Source: the human T2T-CHM13v2.0 reference genome, Homo sapiens. From it: 64,000 nt of DNA. Position numbers and translations under genes: made by a program. This document shows positions 53,465 to 64,000 of the stretch, one piece after another. The notes under the pieces are model-generated. The model was not told the DNA's origin. It made no database searches and saw only the letters and a list, made by a program, of their open reading frames with translations. Location of the stretch: NCBI RefSeq assembly GCF_009914755.1, contig NC_060930.1; one strand, given 5' to 3'. The first letter of the stretch is position 1; the number at the start of each line of letters is the position of its first letter.

Positions 53465-53642
53465 TTTAAAGTTAAAGGTATAAATTTTGATATTATACAC
53501 ATTTAAATGGCATTAAATCCTCAGATTAAAAACTTGAATCTTTAATACCATAATATTTTAATATTTTACCTCAAATTAAAAACTTGAGGCACTAATACCA
53601 TTTAATGTGTATGATTTCAAAACTTACACCTTTAACTTTAAA
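53465..53642. repeat. Inverted repeat (about 50-bp arms) enclosing a 33-bp direct repeat
   Basis: Arms 53465-53515 and 53593-53642 match 45/51; cctca.attaaaaacttga...taataccat at 53519-53551 and 53569-53601. Confidence 0.93.
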
Positions 53643-54560
53643 CTTTTTTTTTAAGATTTCACTTAAACATTGAGTATGAATATAAAAGGAGGGAAAAAAA
53701 AACACAGTACCTAACAGGACAATCCAACATTTAGATGTCTAGTCTAAGAAGGTCAAATAAACATGAATACAAAGAAATGGGCTGGATTTTCAATTTCTGT
53801 TCTACTTTATAAGGAACTTGGAATCTTCATTCGGATCACTAAAATGAGAAAAATTTGGAAAAACTGAATAACAATAACTTTTCTTGGTCCAATCTGAAAC
53901 TGAGGTTGCAAGACAAATCACCACCCCCAAATCTGGGAAGACATGGCTCATTTACATGGAGTAGAAGCCTTTTGTTAAATCAATAGGAACTTAAATGGAA
54001 GAAACCCAGCAGTGGGAATATTGACAAATAGCTTGAGACTGAGGATGGTATAGCATAAGAGCAAAAATGATTCTTGGCTACACGGACTTAGGGGAACTCT
54101 CTGTTTTGTATGCTTTACATCCAAGAACCCCAATAATTTTTCAAGACTAAAATCTGAGAAATATCCTCTCTATCTCTAGCAAGGGGAGAGGGAGAGTAAT
54201 CATTGTGAAATACACCCAGAAGTTTCTTCATATCAAAGTTTTCACTTCAGCAAGAAAAGGCATTTGTAGAACCTAATCCCAGTTGGGCAAAGGATATTCC
54301 TCCCAACTTAAACCCCTCTAGACTTTCTGTCTTACCAAAGGAGTCCAAAACTAAGACAAAAGAAAGTAGGATTCCAAAAGAATCATTTGGGAATACTGAA
54401 GCAAGAGAAGGTAATAAGGAGCAGAGGAGACAAAACATCTTAAGTCATAGCCTTAAGAAACAGGGTCTTCAAGTGGGGGAAAGGGACAGAAAAAGAGGAA
54501 AACAAGACTATCTAAGAGATCAGACTCATATATGCCATAGAAATTGAAATCATTAGAGAG

Positions 54561-54993
54561 TTCTATGGATTGACTGTGATTTGTCCCCACTAAAACTTTG
54601 TTGATATCTTATCCCCAGTGTGGTAGTGCTGAGAGGTGGGGCCTAGTGGGAGATGCTTGAGTCATGGGGGTGGATTCCTCATGAATAAACTAATTTTCTA
54701 TTGTGGGCATGAGAGAATTCTTCTCTTGCAGGACTGGATTAGTTACCTGAGAGCAAGCTGGGCTTCCTAGACTTTCTTTATTGCATCCTTTCTTGCCTCA
54801 TTATCTCTTTGTACACACCTGTTCTCCTTCTATTTTCCAGCATAAACTGAAGAATTCTGAGGCCCTCACCAAATGCAGCTGCCCAATCTTGGACATTCCA
54901 GGTGTCAGAATCATAAGCCAAATAAATATTTTTTTCTTTATAAATTACCAATCTTCAGATGTTCTATTAGAGCAACCTAAACGAACTAACACA
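54561..54993 (+). mobile_element. MST (B/C-type) solo LTR
   Basis: gaggtggggcctagtgggag...gaggccctcaccaaatgcagctgcccaatcttggac...tttataaattacc...ctaacaca. Confidence 0.85.
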
Positions 54994-55252
54994 GGAAGGG
55001 GATATATTAAAGGATCTTAATATATTAAAAGTGCTAATAGACAATGTATACAGGATGCAAGAACAGTTGGGTAATGTAAGCAAAGAAATGACAACTCAAA
55101 GAATCAAAAATAAATTATAGAAATGAAAAACACTATAACAAAAATGAATATGCCTTAGATTGATCTCTTAGTAGAATAAACACAGCTATAGAAAGAATCA
55201 GTGGCTCTGAAGATAGGTCCATGCCAACTTCCCAAACTAAAATGCAAAGACA

Positions 55253-55547
55253 GGCCAGGAGCAGTGGCTCACACCTGTAATCTCAGCATATTGGGAGGCC
55301 GAGGCAGTCAGATAACTTGAGGTCAGGAGTTTGAGACCAGCCTGGCCAACATGACGAAACCCCATCTCTACTAAAAATACAAAATTTAGCTGGGTGTGGT
55401 GGTGTGCCCTTGTAATTCCAGCTAGTTGGATGACTGAGGGAAGGGAATCACTTGAACTCAGGAGACAGAGTTTGGAGTGACTCAAGATCACGCTACTGCA
55501 CTCCAGCCTGGGAGACAGAAACTCTGTCTCAAAAAATAAAATAAAAA
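55253..55547 (+). mobile_element. Alu (Sz/Sx-like)
   Basis: Full dimer; TSD taaaatgcaaagaca (55238) / tataatgcaaagaga (55548). Confidence 0.95.
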
Positions 55548-57252
55548 TATAATGCAAAGAGAAAAACAAATTAAAAATAAGAAAAAAAGAGAACAGAAAG
55601 AAATGTGGAATAATTTAAAATGATATAAAATGTGCCCCATGGAAAATCCTAGAAGGAGAAGGAAAAGAGAATGAAGCAGAAAAATTGTTTGAAGTAATAA
55701 TAGATAAAACTTTCCAAAAGTAATGACAGAAACTAAATCACAGAGGAGTTCAGAGAACATCAAGTAGAATAAATTTTAAAATAACAAATAAATTAGAACA
55801 TCTAGATTGGAAAACAAGAATTAACATTATAAAACTTTATTATAAGAAATTAAGGAACATCTAAATAAATGTGAAGACACTTGATGTTCTTGGGTTGGAA
55901 GACCTGAAATTATTAAAATGGTATTAATCCCCAAATTGTTTTACAAGTTCAATACAATTTCTAGCAAAATCCCTACTGACATTTTTGTAGACATTGACAA
56001 GCTGATCCTGAGATTTATCTGGATATTCAAGGAATCTTGAACAGCCAAAACAATCTTGAAAAAAGAATAACATAGTTGGTGGACTCATATTTCTCAATTT
56101 TGAAAGCTACTTCATATCAACAAGAATTGTCTTTAATATTTTCATAAAAAACACATACCGATCAGAGGGACAGAATTAAGAATCCACAAATAAACCTATA
56201 TATTTATGGTCAATGGATTTTACACAAGTGTGAGAAAACAATTCAAAGACATGATAGTTTTTTCAACAAATAGTAATTAGACAGCTAAATATTAACATGC
56301 AAAAGAATGAAATTGAGCCTCCTACTTCACATCATATACATAAGTTAACTTAAAATGACATAAATGTAAATGTTAAAACTATAAAATTCTTAACAAAAAC
56401 ATAGGTGAAAATATTGTGAATTCAGATTAGGCAATAGTTTCTTAGCTATCATACCAAAAGATTAAGTTAACTAAAAAATAAATAAATAAATTGGACTTGA
56501 TCAAATATGAAGCTTCTGTGTTTTAAGGGACACTGCTGAGAAAATGAAAAGTCTATATACAGAATGAAAGAAAATATTCACAAGGTATAAAAATAATAAT
56601 ATCCAAGATCCTGAATATATAAAGAAACTTTAAAACTTAGCAATAAAAAAGACATATAACCCAACTTAAAAATGGACAAAACATTTAAATAGGCATTTTT
56701 CCAAGAAGAGATACAAATGGTCAAAAAGTACCTGAAAAGAAACCAACTTAATTGGTTAATAGAAAAACGTAAATTAAAAGCTATAATGAGATACTATTTT
56801 ATACCTACTAGAATAGTTATAAACAAAAAAGAGACAGTAACAAATGTTGGTAAGAATGTAAGAAAATTCAAACCCTCACTGACTAGTGTTAAGATTGTAA
56901 AATGATGCCATTATTTTAAAAAACACATAGGCAGTTCCCTACTAAGTGAAACATTGGGTTTCTATATTATCCAGTAATTCTACTCTTAGATATAGAACTA
57001 AGAATTGAAAAATCTATAGCCACAGAAAAACTTGTACACAATTGTTTATAGGAGCATTATTTATAATTGCAAAAAATAACCCAAATGTTCATCAACTGAC
57101 AAATGGATATGTGATCCAGCCATACAAGGAAATATTATTTTGCCAACAAAGTAAACGCATTACTGATACATACTACAATATGGATAAACCTTGAAAACAT
57201 TATGATAAATTTTTAAAAAAGGATACAAAAGATTACATATTGTACGATTATT

Positions 57253-57864
<612 letters not shown>

Positions 57865-58194
57865 AGATTATTTTGATATGATATGTCTAGAATAGGCATT
57901 CATATGAGTAGAAAATAGATTTGTTGTCAGGGGCTTGAGGAGGCAAGAAATAGGAGGTTGCTCTCAATGAGTACAGAGTGTCATTTTGTGATGATGCCAA
58001 TATTCTGGAATTAGATAGTGGTGATTGTTGACATTTCTGTAAATATACTAAGACCCCCAAAGTTTTACACCTTAAAAGAAAGACTTAAGGTATGTTAATT
58101 ATATCTCAAGTAAAACCAACAAAATTATGAGAAGAAACATTATGCATATGCATGGATAAAAATAAACAGAAGAACAGGAGATCATTTTAAAAAT

Positions 58195-58915
58195 TATTTT
58201 AAAAACATAATGAGATACTTCTACACATCTGTTAGAACAGCTAAAATAAAAACGACTGATCCTATTATGTGTTGGAGAGTATGTGAAAGAACTGAACTCT
58301 CTTATGCATCTGGTGAGAATGTAAAATGGTACATTCCATTGCTTTTATGGAGCATTTTGCAAACTGCAAACAGTTTGGCAGACTCTTAAAAAGTTAAACT
58401 TACACCTACCACATGATCCAGCTATTCCATTTTTAGTTATTTATCTAAGAGAGGTACAGACATAGTTGCTTTACCTGTAATAGCCAAAGAGTGGAAACAA
58501 CCCAAATGATCCACGAATGGATCCACGAACAGGTGAATGGATCCATGAACTGTAGTTATAGAAATACAATGGAATGCTATTTTGGCAATAAAATAAATAT
58601 TAAACATGCAACATTATGACTGAATCTCAAAATAAATATTCTGGGTGGGGGGAAAAAAAGCCAGAAACAAAAGGACTGCATACTGTGTAACTCTATTTCT
58701 ATACAACTCTAGAACATGCAACACAACATCTTTACTAATAGAAATCAGCAGTTGCCTGGGAGAGGAGGTGGTAGGTAGAGTAAGAGGTAGGAGATGTATT
58801 TGTTATCTTCATGGTGGTGATGTTTTCATATGTATGTGTCTTTGTGTCAAACTTTTCATATTTATAATTTAAATATGAGCAGTTTGCAGTTATTTACATT
58901 TCACTAAAGCTGTTA
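58195..58915 (+). mobile_element. L1ME/MD-type 3' fragment
   Basis: atgagatac...gaatgtaaaatggtaca...aacagtttggcag...catgatccagctattcca. Confidence 0.7.
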
Positions 58916-59404
58916 ATATTTTCTGTTTCAGAGAGCTACTTTTAAAGCATTCATCCATTTTCTCTGATTGAGAATATAACAGTAATAAATACATATTCTA
59001 TGCTATAGAGTTCCTGCTGAATAGTCAATGACTACATTTGTCCTGTTAATATTATATCCCAGAACTTAGCATATTGCCTCACATTAGGACATTTGTGTTA
59101 AAAATATGTTTTGTTACAATTTTATCCAAAAACCAACAGGTCATCTGAAGGAAGTTCACTCAGCAAAGTATGTTCCTAACTGAAAAAAAAAAAAAAAAAA
59201 AGATTTCATGTGACCAAGAATTAAATGCTTTCTTGAAAATACATAATCTGAATAATATTTAACCTTTAGGAAAGTGGTAAGTTAGGATATTAACACTATT
59301 TCTTAAATAATTCCATCATTATTTCATTATTCTCACAACCATTTATTGAATAACTACTGTATGCCAAGTTCTATACTAGTCGCTCAAATTTAATAAATAT
59401 TTAT

Positions 59405-59830
59405 TCAGGTCCCCGCCCTGCAAAGTTTCTCTGACATACCTACAGTGCGGGCCCTGATGATCGCTGCCCCTCGAAAGGAGGAGAGAGGGACTGAACTCAC
59501 CTCCTGGGCAGTCCGCCTGCCCCGTCTCCACCAGGCTCCGCACCAGTGGCAGTCGAGGTACTAGGGCCAGAATCCCCGCCACCTGTCGGCCTGTCATCTC
59601 ACCTACTCCCTGCTCCCTCCACCGTGGGTCCGAGGTCCCAGCCAGCTACACCCCCACTCCCAGGTGGAGGCTCCGAGCTCCTCGCTGGCCTGCGGAGAAG
59701 GCGGGGAGCCAGCTGTCCCCTGAGCCAGGAAGGGGATGGGTGTGAGCGGGTGACTGGGCAGCCCCTTACGTCAGAGGAGCTTGTGGAGAATGAGGCGTGG
59801 GGCTGGGATCTTGCACCTAGATGTCATCCC
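59405..59830. promoter_or_regulatory. GC/CpG-rich non-repeat segment abutting the L1 5' end (candidate promoter or first exon)
   Basis: About 20 CpGs in 430 bp against an AT-rich background; GC boxes (ccccgccc at 59411), CRE-like TTACGTCA at 59766-59773. Confidence 0.5.
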
Positions 59831-61157
59831 GGGGTGGGGACAAGATGGCCGAATAGAAGCAGCAGCAATCCGGGGCTCCCATCAAAAAGAACCATAATTA
59901 GTGTGTGGATCCTGCACTGGCAACCAAGGTATCCAGGTTCTCTCATCAGAACTGACTAGGTGGCTGGCGTGATCCACGGAAAGAAAGGAAGAGCAATGTG
60001 GTGCAGCGGCACACCGGTCAGGGGAGCCCTCACCACCGACCCCCCGCCCCTCCCCGCGCCCCACCCCCGGCCCCCGCTTCCCCGCCCCCACCCAAACCCC
60101 GCCAAGGGAGGCGGTGAGTGAGAGTGCTACCCAGCCAGGGAAACCATGTTTTTGTTTTTTCCGTGGAACTGTTCAACCCACGCCACCAGGGCCTAGGGTC
60201 TCAACCCTGGAGCCATGCAGATTTTCAACAGCCTCTTAGCTAGAATCTGCTTAAGCCTGTCAAGCTCCGGGGAGGGAGGGCGACCAGGGCCGCAGCTGCG
60301 CTGCCTGCTCTCTAAGCTGTTTGAGTTCCTTCCTTGTGGGAAGGGGCAGCAGCCAACACTGGGACTCATAACTGCCTGGGCTGGGGAAGGGCGGCATCCA
60401 TCTCTATAGCTCCAGGCCGCACCCTGCTCCCCTGCTGGAGCCAGGGAGATTGGACAACGTGGTTCCAATAGTTGTCCTACACAGCCCAACACACCGGGTA
60501 TGGCAGACTGTGGCCCGAGCACATCTTCAGGCCTGACCGTGACCCATCCTTCCTCACTGGGCGGGGGCTCCCTGCAGGAACTACAACAACTCCCCAGCCA
60601 TAGGCTCAGGGACAGAACCCTGAACTCCCTGGGCCTGAGCCCCTGGAGGGAAGGGGGTTCCGCAGTCTCTGTGAACCAGCAGACTTAAGCGTGTTCTCCT
60701 GGTAGTTCTAAGGAATCCAGGCAGCCTAGACAAGTGGATTTCCTCCCACTGAAGCATACCCCCTCCACCAAGAGACAGCCAAGGTGCTTCGTTAAATGTG
60801 TCCTGTTTCCCGTGCCACCCAACTGGGTGAGGCCCTCCAACAGGGGTTGCAGACACCCTATACAGGAGTGACCCTAATCGCATCAGGCTGGTGTTCCTGA
60901 AGGTCAGAGATTCCAGAAGAAGGAGCAGGCACCCATCTTTGCTGTTCTCCCGCCTCCTTGAGTGACATCTGCAGGCACAGGAGTGAACCAGAAGAACTGA
61001 TGTGAAGCCCCAGAAAACTGCAGCAGCCCTACAGAAGAGAGACCTGACCATTGAAAGAAAAACAAACAAACAGAAAGCAACAGCAACAGCATCAACAACA
61101 AAAACCCCATCAAAGGGCCAGCAGCCTGAAAGATCGAAACTAGACAAACTCAGGAAG

Positions 61158-62183
61158 ATGAAAAAGAATCAACCAAAAAATGCCGAACATCCAAAAGGCC
61201 AGAGTGCCCCTTCTCCTCCAGATGATTGCAATGCCTCTCCAGCAAGGGTGCAGAACTGGACAGAATATGAGATGAACAAATTAAAAGAAGTAGGCTTCAG
61301 AAGATGGGTAATAAAAAACTCTGCTGAGCTAAAGGAGCATGTTAAAATCCAACACAAAGAAGCTAAGAACTCCAATAAAAGGTTATAGTAACTGCTAACT
61401 AGAATAACCAGTTTAGAAAGAAACATAAATTACCTGATGGAGCTGAAAAACAGCACAGGAACCTCGTGAAGCACACACAGTATCAATAGCCGAACTGACC
61501 AAGCAGAAGAAAGGATATCAGAGTTTGAAGACCATCTTGCTGAAATAAGGCATGCAGAAAAGATTAGAGAAAAAAGAATGAAAAAGAACAAACAAAGCCT
61601 CCAAGAAATATGTGACTACATAAAAAGACCAAACCTGTGATCGATTGGAGTATCCGAGGGAGATGGGAAGAATGGAAACAAGCTGGAAAACACACTTTAG
61701 GATATTATCCAGGAGGACTTTCCCAATCTATCAAGACAGGCCAGCGTGCAAATTCAGGAAATACAGAGAACACCGCTAAGACAGTCCATGAGAAGATCAA
61801 CCCCAAGACACATGAACATCAGATTCTCCAAGGTCGAAATGAAGGAAAAAATGTTAAGGGCAGCCAGAGAGAAAGGCCAGGTCATGTACAAAGGGAAGCC
61901 CATAATACTAAGGGCAGAACTCTCAGAAGGAACCCTACAAGTCAGAAGAGTTTGGGGGTCAATATTCAACATTCTTAAAGAAAAGAATTTTAAACCCAGA
62001 TTTTCATATTCAGCCAAACTAAGCTTCATAAGTGAAGCAGAAATAAAATCAGAGGAAAAAAATAAATGCTGAGGAATTTCATCACCACCAGGCCTGCCTT
62101 GCAAGAGCTTCTGAAGGAAGCAAGCACTAAATATGGAAAGGAAAAGCCAGTAACAGCCACTGCAACGACACACCAAAATATAA
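61158..62183 (+). pseudogene. Disrupted L1 ORF1p
   Basis: Peptides MKKNQPKNAEHPKGQSAPSPP and QIQEIQRTP...KEKMLRAAREKGQV...AKLSFISE lie in separate ORFs, with stops and frameshifts between them. Confidence 0.92.
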
Positions 62184-62246
62184 AGACCAATGACACTATG
62201 AAGAAACTGCATCAACTAGTGTGAAAAATAACCAGATAACATCATG

Positions 62247-64000
62247 ATGAAAGGATCAGATTCACATGTAACAATACTAACCTTAAATGTAAATAGGCTA
62301 AATGCCCCAATTAAAAGACACAGACTGGCAAATTGAATAGAGTCAAGATCCATTGGTGTGCTGTATTCAGGAGACCCATTTCACCTGCAAAGACACACAT
62401 CTGCTCAAAATCAAGGGAGGGAGGAAAATTTATCAAGCAAATGGAAAGCAAAGAAAAACAAGGGTTGCAATCCTAGTCTCTGACAAAACAGACTTTAAAC
62501 CAACAAAGATCAAAAAAGACAAGGGCATTACATAATGGTAAAGAGAACAATTCAACAAGAAGAACTAACTATCCTAAATATACTGCACCCAATACAGGAG
62601 CACCCAGATTCATGAAACAAGTACTTAGAGACCTGTAAAGAGACTTAGACTCCCACACAATAATAATCGAGACTTGAACACTCCACTGTCAATATTAGAC
62701 AGATCAATGAGACAGAAAATTAACAAGGATATTCAGGACTTGAACTCAGCTCTGGACCAAGTAAACCTAATAGATATCTACAGAACCCTCCACCCCAAAT
62801 CAAGAGAATATACATTCTTCTCAGTGCCACATGGCACATGTGATAAAAGAACTGCATTTCTCAGTGCCACATGGCACTTATCATAAAAGAATCTTAAGCA
62901 AATGCAAAAGAACTGAATTCATAGCAAATAGTCTCTCAGACCACAGTGCAATCAAATTAGAACTCAGGATGAAGAAACTCACTCAAAACCATAAAATTAC
63001 ATGGAAACTGAACAACCTGCTTCTGAATGACTCCTGGGTAAACAATGAAATTAAGGCAGACATCAAAAAGTTATTTGAAACTAATAAAAACAAAGAGACA
63101 ATGTACGAGGATCTCTGGGACACAGCTAAAGCAGTGTTAAGACAGAAATTTATAGCACTAAATGCCCATGTCAGAAAGCTAGAAAGATCTCCAATCAACA
63201 GCCTAACATCACAATTAAAAGAGCTAGAGAGACAAGAGCAAACTAATACGAAAGCTAGCAGAAAAAAGAAATAACTAAGATCAGAGAAGAATTGAAGGAG
63301 ATACAGAAAAACTCTCCAAAAAATCAATGAATCCAGGAGGTGGTTTTGTGAAAAAAAATAACAAAACATAGTCTGCTGGCTAGAATAATAAAGGGGAAAA
63401 GGGAAAAATCAAATAGACACAATAAAAAATGATAAAGGGGATATCACTAGTGACCCCATGGAAATACAAACTGCCATCAGAGAATGTTATAAACATCTCT
63501 ATGCAAATAAACCAGAAAACCTAGAAGAAATTGACAAATTCCTAAACACATACACCCTCTCAAGACTAAATCAAGAATAAGTTGAATCTATGAATGGACC
63601 ATTAACAAGTTCTGAAATTGAGCAGTAATTAATAGCCTATCATCAACAACAACAACAAAAAGCCCAGGAATAGATGGATTCACAGCCAAATTATACCAGA
63701 GGTACAAAGAGGAGCTGGTACCATTCCTTCTTGAACTACTCCAAAAAAAAATGAAAAGGAGTGACTCGTCCCTAACTCATTTTATTAAGCCAGCATCATC
63801 CTGATACCAAAACCTGGCACAGACACAACAAAAAAAGAAAATTTCAAGCCAATATCCCTGCTGAATGTTTACGTAAAAATCCTCAATAAAATACTGGCAA
63901 ACCAAATCCAGCACCAAATCAAAAAACTTATTCACCACAATCAAGTTGGCCTCATCCCCCAGATGCCAGGTTGGTTCAACATACACAAATCAATAAATGT
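62247..64000 (+). pseudogene. Disrupted L1 ORF2p (endonuclease to start of RT)
   Basis: MKGSDSHVTILTLNVN; CCIQETH; NTPLSILDRS; [12 protein letters not shown]; multiple frameshifts and stops. Confidence 0.92.

Larger units (their letters stand above)
59831..64000 (+). mobile_element. L1PA8-12-type (L1P3) element with intact 5' end, continuing past the window
   Basis: Starts ggggtggggaCAAGATGGCCGaatag (YY1 site); ~1.3-kb 5' UTR; ORF1 and ORF2 homology. Confidence 0.93.

Noticed and set aside
59546-59959. 137-aa ORF over the GC-rich segment
   Set aside because: GTG start, open only because of high GC, runs into the L1 5' UTR, no homology I recognise.
60581-61147. 188-aa antisense ORF in the L1 5' UTR as an ORF0-like gene
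   Set aside because: TTG start, low-complexity translation of the A-rich UTR, and not at the ORF0 position.
59831-64000. Retrotransposition-competent L1
   Set aside because: ORF1 and ORF2 both carry several stops and frameshifts.

Overview
This is primate (probably human) AT-rich, gene-poor nuclear DNA, roughly two-thirds transposon debris. It contains old L1M/L1MA/L1MB/L1ME fragments, L1PB1, a twin-primed L1PA, the 5' ~4.2 kb of an L1PA8-12-type element running off the right edge, about 10 Alus (one very young AluYk-type), MaLR/MLT/MER41B LTRs, MER1B/MER2/MER94/Tigger3 DNA transposons, MIR/L2, a decayed ERV1-type integrase and a 33-nt U2 snRNA retro-fragment. I find no credible protein-coding exon; the ORF track is Alu/L1 read-through or chance. 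I cannot support a new biological system. The best leads are: (1) a CpG-rich non-L1 segment fused to the L1 5' end with minus-strand splice donors (59.4-60.1 kb); (2) a cluster of unexplained hairpins and local templated duplications (20.9, 21.3, 21.8/22.7, 41.4/42.7, 44.0/46.3, 53.5 kb); (3) a MER41B keeping both GAS motifs; (4) an apparent L1PB1 3' transduction; (5) a TGACAG-rich unique segment. Family and subfamily names come from recalled consensus sequences, not a database search, and boundaries of old repeats are approximate.
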